This document shows positions 13,700-27,875 of a stretch of DNA of 64,000 bases, in pieces. Source of the stretch: Balanoglossus misakiensis (Eukaryota; Animalia; Hemichordata). The position numbers and the translations under genes were made by a program. Where the stretch lies: assembly GCA_040954595.2 (NCBI GenBank), contig CM082597.2, forward strand, positions 3,440,014 through 3,504,013, written 5' to 3'. Each line of letters begins with the position of its first letter. Positions within the stretch are counted from its first letter, which is position 1. The notes beneath the pieces are model-generated. The model was not told the origin of the DNA. It did no database searches and saw only the letters and a list, made by a program, of their open reading frames with translations.

Positions 13700-14330
13700 A
13701 CAACAAATTATTGAAGCACCCACCGATAGGTGAACGGAATACCTGATGGAGTTCTTAAAGGTACTGGCTGTGAGAGAAATAATTGGCGGGGTGGTGAGAA
13801 ACGGTTGCGGTACCAAAATCAAATCACACACGGGCGTGCATAGGATTTTTCCAAAGTTTTATCGTTTCGCTTTCCACGCGCTGGCTATTATGGGCGATCA
13901 GGGTGCTCCACGTCTAAAGATTAGTAAACGCGGGGCTGTAAACTTCGCGCGACAGCCCCGCACTGCCAATGAGTGCCCGACGGCTTATTGCCTCTGACAG
14001 CCCCTAATCCGAAACTCACCCCGAGATTTAATAGGTGCTAATGAGGAGATTACCTCGCCGTTACAGGGGTACGTCAGTGTGTTCTGACCCACCCCTTCGC
14101 GTAGCGAAAAAGGAACGGTTTTATGAGCAGTGCCTGATTTACAATCTAGAGAAATGTAAGGCAGCTGACGCTCGCTTTTATAGGGTGCCAAGAAGTGTGT
14201 AACGACACTGTAAATTCGTTGTTTGCCGCGGCTAAGTGTTAGAGTATATTAAGTAAGTCCCATATGAATGAGCAGGCGTACTACTTTGCATGCGAAAGTA
14301 GTCCGCCGCTGACAGGGCATGTCACTTTTT
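13700..14330. promoter_or_regulatory. CpG-rich enhancer-like block with K50 homeodomain (TAATCC/TAATCT) and TALE (TGACAG) sites
   Basis: ctgacagcccctaatccg near 13995-14011, agattag near 13918, gagattac near 14046, and a 10-bp GC hairpin at 13930-13961. Confidence 0.4.
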
Positions 14331-17300
14331 TCACAAAATGTATCAATCCACAAATTAGCGGTAATTTCCAGGTCATGACTAATAGGTGCCCTTAACTCAT
14401 CAACACATTAAAAGTATTATGCATCTTCTCTATATCATTTTAATGTATATTAATTTTTTTGTAGTTTCATCGGACATAACATTCCTTACATGTACCTCCG
14501 CGAGAGGTCCCTAGGCAAGGACAAGCTAAACAACATAGTCAGTGTCTTTCAACAAAATTTGGGTTATTATGCCATTTTACATGTTATTTTGTTCCAGAAA
14601 ACTGCAGAGTGATACCACAAATGCATTCAGAACGCCCATAAACATGGCATACAAACCTCGTAATGGCATGAGTGCATGTCGTCAAAATATTTACATTTTC
14701 AGTATATAAGCAGGGGCGATTAGAGAACAACAGCTGGTAGTTTTAGTCGTGCATTCCACTGTGGTAGTGAATATTAAAGGCCTCCATCGATGTTTAACTA
14801 AAATTCTGAAAAATGTGATAATGTTAATTTAGCTATTTAGCTATATATATTGAAAAATATGTTTCAATGTATATAACTGATATCTTTATAATACATGTCC
14901 CCGAATAGATCAAACTTATGCAGTTACCCTCATGGCCAGTTAATATGTGTACACTATTTACCTCCGATAGAAGATATAACTTAATCAGGAAATAGTAAAC
15001 AAAACGAGAAATTTCAGACACAGAAACTGTTGCATAAATGTAGGCTTGTTTCGTTGACAACCGCGTTATTTGTACATGTACTGAACTAAACCGATTTGAA
15101 TTGCATTTAAAAAGGTAAATACACGCAATACAGTGAAATTAGAGTAAATAGACCGCTATAATCACAGCGTGTTACAAAATACATGTGGCTATTACATTCT
15201 TTAAATATACATGTATGCAATTCTAATATGAAGCCGTGTCGTTATGTATCGTTCGGGTGTGGACGATTAAAATAATCAAGTCCATGGCCTGTAGTTCTAC
15301 TAACATAAACTTAGAAAAATCTATTAAAAGTCACACATAAAATCCTGACATTAAAATAAATTCGCTTGTTTTAATGCTGTTTTACTAAGGTTCTGATACC
15401 TTGTTCTGATTAACAGCAGGCAGTACAGAGAAATAAAATATTAATTGGCCAAGAAAATTCAGAATTATGGAGTTTACATGGCGTGAGGGTAATTACTAGA
15501 GTTGTAATAAATGTCTGCTGAGTTTAAATACGTTTCTGCAGTGTCCTTTAACTACATAATTGGGATGAATTTCCATCGTTTTTCAGCAGCTTGTTTAATA
15601 TTCTACTGGGAGAAGCAGCGATTAACCTTTGGAATTTGCAGGTTCTTGTTCAAAGGAAATGAAGTTGGATTGGTGAGAGACAGGCTATCTCGAACGTAAT
15701 GACTGAGGCCATGGGCGTTGTGAGAGTTATCAAGGTCACAATCGAAAACACAAGGTTGGAGTTTTCACAGGTGTTCAATATACCAAGTTGATGAAAGAAT
15801 GGTTTTGAAAGAACATCTTTGACAGAGAAGTTATCAAACGAACAACTTTTCATTTGGAGTCAGTATTTGACGCTAATTTTAGAAAATTTAATGCACTCAC
15901 TGTATATTTCTTGTCCTAATTACATGGGTTCGCTAAATATGCTAATAGACGTTAAACATACTATACACCGCAAATCTCCCAATTTCACCAAATATGCAAA
16001 TAAGCAGATACATAACACGACCTTCATATTACCACCAACAGTTAGATGTGCCATTACATGCATTATGCTCCCCATAGAGAACATTATCAGACAAATTACT
16101 TAATTAATATGCAGACCACATAGTATATCAAAACCTAATCAGTTCCTTCCTCTTCAAAACAGCATTAGTCCAGCAAATTTAGTTGAAATATGATTAGTGT
16201 TTCCCGAGACATTCATGAAACGGGGAGCGACAGATATTGGTGAGACATTAACCTCTGTGTTTTGCACACATGGTCTACTTGCTAAATGGCCTTTATATGT
16301 TCTACAGGCCTTCACCAGACAACAAGCAGATAAGATCATTAAACGCTACACGCCATTTACAAAGTCAACTCAAAATGGAGATCGGCTAAAGAAACAACTG
16401 ATTGATGTGCCAGGGTCTGTCAAATAAAAGCCAGACTGACGGCTGTTTCTGGACAATGCTGCAAAATCCTCCCGAAAACAAAACGCATCGTTCAATTTTC
16501 ATATTTATGACGATAACAAGTGTTCAAGTTGAACATTTTGATAATGAAAAGGTAAAAAAAAACATATTCGGAATGAGTCTGTGGCCGATGTGTTTGAATA
16601 AAGTCCCTTCGCACAGTTAACCTGTGCCCAGCTTCCCATTTACATATCAGCTACAAAAACCAGGGACCGACGTCGACAAAGCATTACAGTGTCAATCAAT
16701 AGCTAATTTGCACATTTTACAGGTTTTTTTTCAAAACAGGGAGCACATTCAGTTCACGTCTGCTTTGCTTTCTACAGCGGTCTGCTATTGTTTCAAATTT
16801 TCGCGGCGCTGAACGATGTCCACAAGGGCCTAGGCGGCGAAATATTATGTACTCCAGTTGTATTCGCCCGGCTGTCACCCAACAAATGATTAGGCCACCT
16901 TGGGCGGGGACTGAAATCGTTGGCCGATAAGCGACCATGGAGTGAATAAACTAGCAATAAACTGAAATTACTTTAGCTATATGCGGCTGACACAGACTGT
17001 CAATAAACGGCACTCAGTGGCCAAGCTAGAGTTTACCACAACGTTAACAAGACCATCATACATTGTAAGTAAAAACGTCAAGCAATACTCACGATCCGAA
17101 ATTACAAGCTCAGACCCCTCTGTGCTCTTTCACGAAAAAACAACAAAACAGATCCCCGCCGACAGTGATCAAAGGTACAAACAAACAAGATGTCAAGCGA
17201 GTCCTTACATTACTCAGGTGAATGCGTTCGCGACTGACTGCCGCATACAACTGGGAATTACGGTAATGCGACATACGGAAATAAGTTTTTGCGTTAGGCG

Positions 17301-18739
17301 GATTACACTATTCAGTAGTTAACATGGCGACCATTTGCCAGGATAATGACCATGAATACACACAGATTGACACGACAAGTGTACAAATGCCGGCAAGCTT
17401 GCAACAGTGGCGTTTCTATTCGTGCAGTAAAAAAAGAGCGCGAAAAACGCAGGGTTTAATTTTCAGCTATTGCGGCGAATGACGCAGTTTATTATGTTTT
17501 CGCGTGGGGGATTAAGGTGACGAATTTAAAACGATATTCATACACGTCTCGCGGATGATTGACCCAGAATAAATATTCCAAGCACTTTACCGGTGGCGTA
17601 TATTGAAATTTTCGCTTCATTTAAGTTTTCAAATTATGCGTCTGGGTGTGACGTGAGAATAAAATGGCGCGCGTGTTTTGCAGACAATTAAGTCACGGGA
17701 CAAAATAAGCAGGCGTCTGTATTCTACGTATATCAGTCTGAGTGGAGGGCTCATTTGCATGGCAACCTGACAGGCGCAGGCATCATACCTATGTTGATTT
17801 AGATACGGCAGTTAAAAATACTAATCCGGCGAGTAAGAAATCTTTCACATATGGCGGGCTACTAAACATATACAATGTCAGTAGTTTGCTACGTTTCCAT
17901 GGAATAGCATAAATGTTGCGTTTTTTAAAACAAATTTTGATTTGATGTGTAATCTTTTGCTCAAACATTTTAGGGTGACATTTACAAGAAACCTGTCACA
18001 GCCAGTCGGAGAGTGGAATTGGCAAAAGACAAATAAGGGTCGGCAGACGAAAGGATATACACACTTTAACAATTAACAGAGTTGCCATTGATATCGAGAG
18101 TCTTTTCAGCCAAAAGGATTAAGAGTTTTAAAAATTAAAGAAAATATTTAATTAAATTTGCAGAGGTGTGTCAGGAATCAAGGAGATTGCTGCATATTTT
18201 ATAAAGTAAGCTAGACTCAGCTATACAACTGGCTTTCTTACAGTTGTCTGATATCCGCCATCTTGTGAATGATATAGATTGAACTTATCTTATAATTACA
18301 AATCACATTGTTTTCATATCTGCTCTTCTGAACAAATGACTGGTCAAGTCTCCTTCAGGGGTTTTGTACATGGCTGATATCATCTATTATTAACTACATC
18401 TTAACTATTGGCTATGTGATTTTAACAACGTACACTTCACTGTTCGTTGAGCAAAGCAATCCGTACATTGACTTAGAACTTTCATTATTAATTACAGTGG
18501 CATTTTACGCCTCATTACTCTGTGGCGTATGTCACACAGTCGACTCATTTAAATTGATTTCTTTTTCAATTAAATTCTGTCAACGAAGCATGTTTTAGCA
18601 CGTGGATTAACTCTAAGCCGACATTACAATTTCCCTTAGTTGAAAAGTAAAATGCGTGATTAACTGCAGACTACAACTCAAGTCTCAAGTGTATGGAAGT
18701 TGTCTGAATAAAAGACCCGAAAAAGAAGAAAATTATTAC

Positions 18740-18848
18740 CTTCAAGAACGACGACAAACGACCTCCAGTAGTGTGCAGCGGTAAAGTGAATAATTTGGCG
18801 CAACCAAGCTGATGAGCAAATCTGGACCTTTCAACGCAGTGATTTATA
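18740..18848 (-). promoter_or_regulatory. Candidate TATA promoter plus short non-coding first exon
   Basis: Minus-strand TATAAAT at 18848-18842. Donor AAG|GTAATA with exon end at 18740, followed by T-rich sequence. Confidence 0.4.
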
Positions 18849-20633
18849 CAAGAGATAAATTGAAAGAACACTAGCAACAGTTGAATGTGCAAGCACGAAG
18901 CTGTTAATTCGTTGAACTATAAATAATTCTGTTTGCACATGTAGCCGGGTTCCATTTTATGTATGCATTTTCCAAGAAATAAATTGCTGAGGTCTCAAAA
19001 TAAACTATGTCGCTAAATATCACTGAAAAATCCCTGGATGGTTTTTGATATAGTCCAGAGTCTCTTATTTTCTTCCATTACCTTTTTATCGCAAAGTTCT
19101 ATCACTAAACGCTTACTGCAACTATTTTCAGAACATTTCGGCCTCTGTAAATCAGATCATCACTTCTTAATGGGTGATACTGCCAGAGTCTGAAGTTTCT
19201 CAAGCTCTATCACTAAAAGCGTGATGATATGTATTACACCATTAGTGACAGTTATATCTTTTTGATGAGCAAACGCAACCCAACCACAGAGACCCAAACA
19301 ATGCCATCTAGCTAACCCGACAGCACCCTTCGAACGAGTCACAGACGATTATCGTTTTTTTTCTAAATATGAAGTGTGTGCATTACTATTTTTTTCCTTT
19401 TGAAAGACAGCTGCCTGTGGTTTATTTGTGTGTTGTTGAATGCATCGTTTTGACTCGAGAGATGGCTTCTAAAAAAACCCACCGAAGCAACCGAGCGAGG
19501 GAAATAGATCTCACAGTACACTTCAAAGCATAGCTTATCTTCACCATTCAGAGAAATCAATTCGCCACGCAACACTATCAAACTATTCTAAGTGAGTAAA
19601 AAAGAAATTCGCTATCTGCTTTTCCCCAATGAGCACTAACACTGGACCACAATATTTAATGCACCAGCACATTGTTTACTTTGTAAAAAGGGCCATAGTC
19701 TCCATTGATAAGTGGACGACATCGATATAATTCTGTTCGCACCGAATTAAGAAGGACGATTCATGATAGTGAAATTACTCAACTGTTTCCGGTCGTTAAA
19801 GGCGAGACACGGACACTACTTAAAATATTGTGAGATAAAATATTTGTGATCATGGGTAAATCTCATCTAAGATGACCTTTCTACCGAGTTCTCACAAATG
19901 CATTAAGATCTCGACATTCCAGAATTAACTTGTATTAAATATGCAAGGTAAATATAAGTGATAAATGTAGTATTGAAATAAACCTTTTACATTGAATAGA
20001 GGATGCCATTGGGATTCTGAGGACAGATTTACATGTGAACCAAACCAAACCAAAACCAAACCAAACCAAAACATAGCAAGGTATCGGAACGCCGTAATAT
20101 CATTAAATTCAACTTTCCTATTTTTCATGTAACACGCCATTCTACTTGATCACTTGGAAACCAAGACAAAAGCCATCTACATATGATAATTTTGACTTTC
20201 TTCTCTCACTGTAGACTTTGAACACCCTGCGTCTTTGTGTGTTTAAACTATAATATTTGCAGGGGGAAAATGACGAGTGGTTTGTGTGCGTGCGCAGTCT
20301 AACCGTCACACGAACATGGAATAAACGGAAACTCGTACATTTTTATGAAAGACATTAACGTACATTTTAAGCGCCCAAGTGGAAAATGACAAGCTGTGGC
20401 AAATCACGCAAATGTATATGTTGCATTTATTCTAAACAGTGTTTTCTTTGAAAAACAGAGTTCCATTACGTGATGGGATTGATGGGAAGTGTTTACTTGA
20501 CCAAACAACACTTTTGCGTGAGCACCATAACAGCGGGAACCCTGTAATAACTGAACACCACGCTGTTTCTGAATTGTGTGTACATAAAAAAACACAGCTT
20601 ATTTGACAAGTGTGAAGATAGCGCCTATATTAA

Positions 20634-20840
20634 AGGTATAGACAGCTACCAGTGCAAATTAAACCACTGTTACTGTGAAATTTGAATGTAGCCAATCCAA
20701 GCTGCAGGTGTAGTCAGTGACTGACACACGTGAAAAAAACTCTACATCATAGTCATGCAAAAATCCAGTCACGTAATTTTGAACGTACATAGGCATATGT
20801 AAAAATTAGAGGTAACCATATACTGTACGGGAGTGTACCT
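20634..20840. mobile_element. Non-autonomous DNA transposon (Kolobok-like MITE) with TTAA target duplication
   Basis: ttaa|AGGTATAGAC ... GAGTGTACCT|ttaa: imperfect TIRs starting AGG, with TTAA on both sides. Confidence 0.55.
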
Positions 20841-23800
20841 TTAAAATCTTGTAATAGTATTTGAGATAAAATATTGCGTAAGAGTTTCTTATCTAATCAG
20901 ATAACACATTCATTAAATTTTGGCATACTCGCTATTAAATGAGAAATATCCTTTATCTTTAGTTTCTAGAATCAACATCGTCAGATAAATACAATTCTTG
21001 ATCACTCTATCGATAAAGTCATCACTCCAAATTGAAACTTTCCTAGAACAAATTATTTGTTTGTTAGAATGTAGTTTAAGATCGTCTGAGGCAAAGCAGA
21101 GTTTTAACTAACAAAGTTTAAAACATTTGAAGTTGTACGACAGTTTGATATTCTTTATGTTTGATACGAAATCGCCATGGCAACCGTGCAGCGTATGTGG
21201 ACACTGCGAATGAAAGCGCGTGGGTGGGTATTTCTATAGAAACCTGCCCCCGAGCAAAAGCGCAATATTAACAAAACAGGCAATCTAATTTGACAGGCTG
21301 CATTGCCCGGAAATCACAGTCCGCTATTTGCTGAAGTGGACACGCTTCATACACATCCCTCTATATGCGAGTATTCGCTTTCGACGCCCAGTATTAGAGC
21401 CAAACCCCTGGAAACAAACACACGTAAGTGCCCAAATTACTCGAAACAAGCCCCCATGGCAAAGTCTCTTCAATGTCACATGGTGGATATTTTGTTGCAA
21501 ATTAGAGAATAACACCCTATAGTCAAGCCTGGCGTATTTCCTTATTAAAGCGATTGCAACAAGTAGGCCCTCTTGTTCTCAGACGTATTTGCTAGTTGAT
21601 TGCGCGAACAGGGAGTACCGCCGGCGACGTGTCCCCCCCTCTGTGAAACAACAAACCTCCTCGCGTGTTCCCTTAATGAAATTTGCTTTTGCTGCTTTTG
21701 CTTGGCTGGAGTTCATTTGCATGCATGCTGACGTCGCCTGGGTCTTGCGCTGATTGCCTGTAAAAGGGCTAGCTGCGGTATATCATTAGTCATTACGTGG
21801 CGTCCAGCCGCGCTCCACTGTTACCCCAATCCGTTCTTCCATCAGCGAGGCATCGTTTGTGGTTAAAATCACGGCGCGCTTGTGAATTCTGCGCATATAT
21901 CTGCCAGCCTTTCCCCAACACCAGAGTGGCACAGTACGTGTTGAGGACACATACACATCGCCCTTGATCACACAGATATTCTATAAACTGGTGGTAATAA
22001 TTTCAATTAAGCAAGTAAGGGGATATCCATTAAAATGCATTATACTGTATGATTTATTTTTCCCATAAAGGGGAGACCTGACCCCGATTAGAGAATAATT
22101 GACAAACGCAGCATTTCATTGGCCAGCGATTTTGGTGAAAATTGTTGTCTGTGTAAACATACACAAACAAGGCGAAATTACAGAATTGCTGTCAGTGTCA
22201 CACAAGGCAGTCATCCGGATGCAAATTCACAAGCACGTATACCGTATGAACTTCAACTTATCATAGAATTGTGAATTATTAGTGCCACACTAGAGATCCG
22301 AAATTACTATCCATGCACTTCTGGGTAAATCTGGCATGAAAAGTGGGCCCAGTTAGGCGGCATACACCCATAGACTTCTTCTTTGAGAATAACCTCCAGG
22401 TTGCATGGCCCACGCAATGTCTGAACCCACAGTTGTTTGCGAGTCTTTACATACATTATACACCGGACTCTGCCCCCACCCCCTGCCCCAAGGGTGAGTC
22501 GGAACTGCCTGTTGTGAGGTATTTCCTGAGTTCATCTATACATTCAATTGACAATTCATGCCATTGAAAACATTAAAATGTCTTCATTTCTATACCCGGC
22601 GGAACTCTCACGACAATGACAGCGGACATTCCCTTCATTACGATTACCGCTGAGATTCATAATTATCCGAGTCCGGGGCCCCTGTGTCGCTCAATACTTT
22701 GGAAGTAGCTGCTAGCACGCAATTAGTAAAGTACAGTTACCTCAAATCTATTTTGTTATTTCTGCCTGTATTGTTACCAAGGGAGGAGCTGGCTGTTCAC
22801 ACATATAGTAATTCAGTACAGTTGGGGTGAACTTTAATGCTTGTTAAAGATTATTTAATGTAATACTCGCCTCTGGAACAGATTTTCAGACAAAGAATCG
22901 TAGTTATCCAAACCTTTCAATTCTTTGCTATATATTAGGGTGTGTGAAGATTCTTTTTGAAAAAAAAAAGAAGAACAAATGGTGTTCACAATCTTGTTTT
23001 CCTAAAAATCACTACCCGAAATGCCTAAATGCGGTCTTTCATTCATTCATTCATTCATTCGTTTGTTCGTTCATTTTCAGTTAGCTTCACCCGCGCATAA
23101 AAAACATGCTTCCAAAAGACACAGCTGATCTGGAACACGACACAGTCAAAATTTTCTTCGTGACAAAAAAGCGCGAGCCACTTCTGCTCGGCTATGAAAT
23201 TCATTTCTGAACTGAAGGCCGACTATGCTCGTGCCATCGAACGAGCGGGAAAATGTGCGTCACTCTTGCTGAGTAGCAGCTGGACACCGTCAAATTAATA
23301 ACAAAGATTATCAACATGGAGATGCAGGCAAAAACACCATGGATCAATCCAATTCTATTTCCTGAGAGGCGATAAGACGTTGGAAGTCATCCAATGAGGC
23401 GGGAAGTAATTTCCTTCGACCGAAAAAAAATCATGCAATCAATAATGCATCGAAAGATGAACAGTAACACACATATTGTTGATTATTTCACGCTCGGTAC
23501 GGATTAAAAAGATAAGGTTCTACGAAAAACATTTGCCTGCAGTCATTTCAATGCCTGTGAGCCATCTTTATACGTACAGGTTGTACATAAGAGCTGCGTT
23601 GGGAGCAGCAACTTGATATGTAGCAAAATGTTTGTGTGTGTATTGTTGGCAGAGGCAAAAATTATTTCCGACCGAATAAAGCAACTCAATACATAACCAG
23701 CCCGAAGTGAAGAAGAAGCTCGTCGTTGGAGATAAGTAAGAACGAACAAATACAGCTACAGTACCAGCCGTCCTTTTGATATGCAAAATTGATACACATA

Positions 23801-23847
23801 TAACACCATTACAAAAACGATGACAAAAGCTACTAGCCTAGTCTTAC

Positions 23848-24060
23848 CGACTTGGCAAACTGATTCCCTGCAGGACATATTCTGAAGACTAACTTACACC
23901 GGTTACTTGCGCAAATGGTGCCAATCCTTCTTGTATATATTAAACAGCAATGAATCTCAGAAACTTCTTCAACACCTTCATCACAACCAGGTCGATTCGG
24001 GTCACAAATGGAACATTAAATTACAGGTCCTAATTCGTAATATGCTTTCTTCTCGAGCAG
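23848..24060 (-). other. Candidate first exon with two donors, optionally encoding MSCRESVCQV (phase 1); 5' boundary approximate
   Basis: Donors TCG|GTAAGA (23848) and GGT|GTAAGT (23898). ATG at 23878. T-rich intron-like sequence follows. Confidence 0.4.
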
Positions 24061-24554
24061 ATCACGGAAGTAATAAATATGGCCTAATGGGACTTGTTAA
24101 AACGAGGCCCGCAGAAAGTAGTGCAGCCGTGCTGGTGCAAGTTCGGTTCGCCCTTAATTGCATGTCATCAATAAGACAGGACAGGGAGAAATGATAAAGG
24201 AGAGTGGTCATCATACATTACTATTATCGGTTCAGATGTTATTAATTCTTTATTGCAGGAACATTGCTGCATGTTCCTCTCTGTGCCAGTGTTCTACCGG
24301 GTACATCTTATATGCCAGGCCCTGTTAATTAGGACCGATGATTTGCAAAACGTCAAGATGAATTGTCAAATTACATTGTGACACGAGCAGCTGAACCACA
24401 ACGGAGATTGGCTTAAATTGTGTCACGCCAATGTTTGTTATTAATAAAGACACTGATACACCCTTTTTCATAAGACTAGCACCCTCATGTAGCCATTGTG
24501 AATTTCAAGTCAAAGCGAGGCCAATGGGGAAAGAGGACTAGTCTACTACATGTA

Positions 24555-24652
24555 ACCAACTAACTAACTAACTAACTAACGAAGAAAGTAACTAACTAAC
24601 TAAGTAACTAACTAAGAAAGTAACTAAGTAACTAACTAACTAATCTAACCAA
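24555..24652. repeat. (AACT)n microsatellite
   Basis: Direct reading. Confidence 0.9.
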
Positions 24653-27118
24653 CCAGCCATGCACCTTAACAACTAATTCGTAAGATCAAGATTGTAATAT
24701 CATTTGTCATCAACTCACAGACTGACTGACTCACTGCATGAAACTAAACCTCTAAATAATCGCACGACGCAATATGAAAAGAGAACGCACAGATAAGTAA
24801 GTGGAAATCGTCTAAGATTCCCTGGCGATGTCTTGTGCAATTGCTCGAAACGAGCGTTGGCATATGATAGAATGCCCATTTACCCGTGAGCCAGATTCGA
24901 TCGCGGTATGTAATGATGAACTGGCGACGGCCTAGAACAAAACGAGAACTTGTCACCGAAAACCTGATAAATCAGTTTACGCCACCAATTCATCTTTCGA
25001 CCCGTGTTGTTCAATGTAAGCTTCAGACGACGGGGAGCTTTGGCAATCAATCATAAGTCAGCCTACACATGCACCTGTTTGGAGAAGGCTATTTATTTCT
25101 AATATAAGAAGGGATGCGCTTTTGATGGTGCGATAATTACTTTATCAATTTTTAATTTGTCTAGGTGAAACTGTTATCTGATCAAATTTCTGAGCCAACT
25201 ATAAGACACCGCCGAGAAAAAAACAGGACAGCTGATTGTTGAGACAGTGTGAATAATCTCTAGGAAATTGCGTTGTCAATTAAGGCCGCATTGCTGATAA
25301 TTACGGAGTGCCGTATAGCCTAGCAACCGCATCGCTTGTTGTTACCACCGCAGTGCCGTACAGCTTCATTTTCATCACTGACAAACGACGAGGCCTTAAA
25401 TCTGCCATTTAGTTTATGTTTTGACTAAATTTATTGCTTGCAAAATAAAGGGAATTCACAAACTGCCATGTCTGATTGTGGCCAAAAGAGCGAATATTTC
25501 AAAGAACCGCATGGCTAATTGTGATGTTTTTTTAATGCTGCGCGAAACTTTTTTGAAATATGCACTCTGAGAATTGGTCTCCGTCATAGAAACTGTAACA
25601 AATGTGCGGTTTGTGGGTATACGTACCATAAGGGTCGCTTTAATATACAGCCCTCCTGTGTAGATGGCCTGCGAGTGCATCTTTTTATAACCGTCGACGG
25701 TACTCAGGAAACCGGTGTTTGTTTTCGGTTCCCCACAGACAGGCTTTAATAACAGTCCAGAGTACTACGGTCGTTGCCGGAGGAAACGCAATTTGCAATA
25801 TTTCTAAACATTATGAGCGAGGCCTGCATCTCTTCAATGCCTGGGCAGATGTATTCTATACATGGCTTGGAGACTGTGTTCTTCTCGTCAAAAGGAGCTG
25901 AAGATTTTCTAGAATACATTTCTGATAACTTGTAAGACTTTTCCATGCAATCCCCCTGTGGATGTTCTGTGGGGCATGTTTATAAAGAGCGGCACACACA
26001 ATGGCAGGGCGATGGGGTCATGCATATATGCATTCATTTCAAACCGACTGTAAACCGTTGTCGAGTACCTCACGAGATTCTGCCTCCCGCGGTTGACAAT
26101 TACGGCAGAAGCAGCGAACGATAAAATCGAAGAACGAAATAGTGTCCACTGTCATCATATTTTTCAGTAGTGCCGACCAAAACAGCAATTTATTTTGGGG
26201 AAACTGAATGCAAATGAGTGAAAAGTCATATAACATTTTATTATCCCTTTTTCGACCAGCCGCAATCATGACAGAGACACAAAACATATATATAAACATA
26301 CGCATACCCCGGTATATATATACAAAAGCCTGAGTCTCTTCTGAAATTCGCAATCAATCGACCATTTAATTATCTAAATTTACATCATGCAAGAGGAGCC
26401 ATATTTGCCCCTAGTTATGTCAACCATTGCAAGAAGCAGAATGTTATGAAATATAAAAAATATTGTCATAACATGTGACACATTTAATACGGTCTTTCGA
26501 ATGTAATGAAATTTTTATCATCAATGTTCCTGCAGTTGTCCCCAGACTCTTAAGTTTGAGGTCATGTGATTCCAAAGGCCTGATTAACAGTCCACATGGG
26601 ACCTAATTTATTTATTGAAGCTTCCGGACATCCATATAGATATAACAAAATCAGTAGATGTAAAGTTCACAACAATATTCCCCAGCTTAAGCACGCCCCG
26701 AGAGAAGATTTCTCATTCACGGCGCGGAGTTTTTTTATCGCGGCTGAAAATCCGTGCAGCGTCGTATTAGTCGTAAAGCCTTAAGTAAAATAGATTACCG
26801 CTCGAAATAGCTAATATTTAATTATTCTTTTGCTGCCTGGTAATATGTCTGAATTAGTAGTTAATGCAGACCATCAATACTAATTCAGACATGAGTGATC
26901 CCGAGACCATTGTTAAGCTTCTCGCAATTAGTTATCGATAGCAAGCTAATTAGAGAATGCTTTTTATGGGTCGTGGTGGAGTGAAACGATGGTTATCGTG
27001 CGTGGCCGCAGATGTAATCGGATGAATCTTTCTCAGTGTGCATACTGGTCGAAATATAAGCTGGGTTTGCCAGAGTCATGGTGTCGTTGTTCAACAAAAT
27101 CACCAGACAACGTATTAC

Positions 27119-27540
27119 CTTCGAAAGCTTAATGTACCGGGTACGTCGCTTGCACGATGGCTAGCCAGTCGGTATTTCTCAGAGCCCCCGATGGCAGGAC
27201 GAGGAACTCTGTACTTAATCAGCTAAATGGGTGAGTTAATGCTCTTAGTACAAATTATAGGTGACCGGAAATTGCATCATGTCAAGGGAGCCACAGTTTT
27301 AAGGGTAAAAAGCGTTCATGTGGTGGTCAGAAGTACTGTACTTTACTGGGACTCTCTCTCTCTCTGTGCAAGGAACTCACTGGATTTGAACGGGCGCCAC
27401 ACGCAACTTTTTTCCGCAGGCGTCATCAGCCCAGTTTTTTGACGAAGAGTCGACGTCGATTACGGTTCAGTAGAACGCCTTCGGTTATTATTCTTTGTTG
27501 ACGAAGATTTCTGTGGGTGCTCATCCCTACGACTCGAGAT
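27119..27540 (-). other. Candidate non-coding first exon with short uORFs (5' boundary approximate)
   Basis: Donor AAG|GTAATA at 27119. CpG-rich. uORFs MNAFTLKTVAPLT* and MMQFPVTYNLY*. Promoter motifs upstream at 27544-27875. Confidence 0.4.
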
Positions 27541-27543
27541 GCC

Positions 27544-27875
27544 AACGTGACGTGCCCACTTGGGATGCCCGTATCAGCCAGACCTCTCTCTCGACTCTGA
27601 TCAGAAGCTAACGTGACGTGTGCATTCGCCCAGACAATACCATACGGTTTTCACCGACAATCGCTTTGACAAATTTTTCGACAACGGAAACCGAAATGTA
27701 AATTTCGACCAAAAAAGGAAATTTAAGCGACACCCTACCTGTAAAACACTTAACTAATATTCTTCCTATTCGTGTGTTTCCTGCAAGCTGTCTGTGAAGG
27801 ACCCAGTATGTACATGCGTGCTACAGACTACAACTCGTGCATGAATATTCATGAGGCACGAGCTCACGAGATTGG
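27544..27875. promoter_or_regulatory. Promoter-like motif cluster: 2x AACGTGACGTG, palindrome ATGAATATTCAT, 3x CACGAG, CCAAT box
   Basis: AACGTGACGTG at 27544-27554 and 27610-27620; palindrome and CACGAG boxes at 27834-27870; ATTGG at 27871-27875. Confidence 0.5.

Noticed and set aside
1161-27750. Recursive splice sites YAG|GT on the minus strand (near 1170, 8171, 27739)
   Set aside because: Regenerated donors (GTAATA, GTATTT, GTAGGG) and pyrimidine tracts are mediocre, and similar motifs occur as background; sawtooth RNA-seq coverage would be needed
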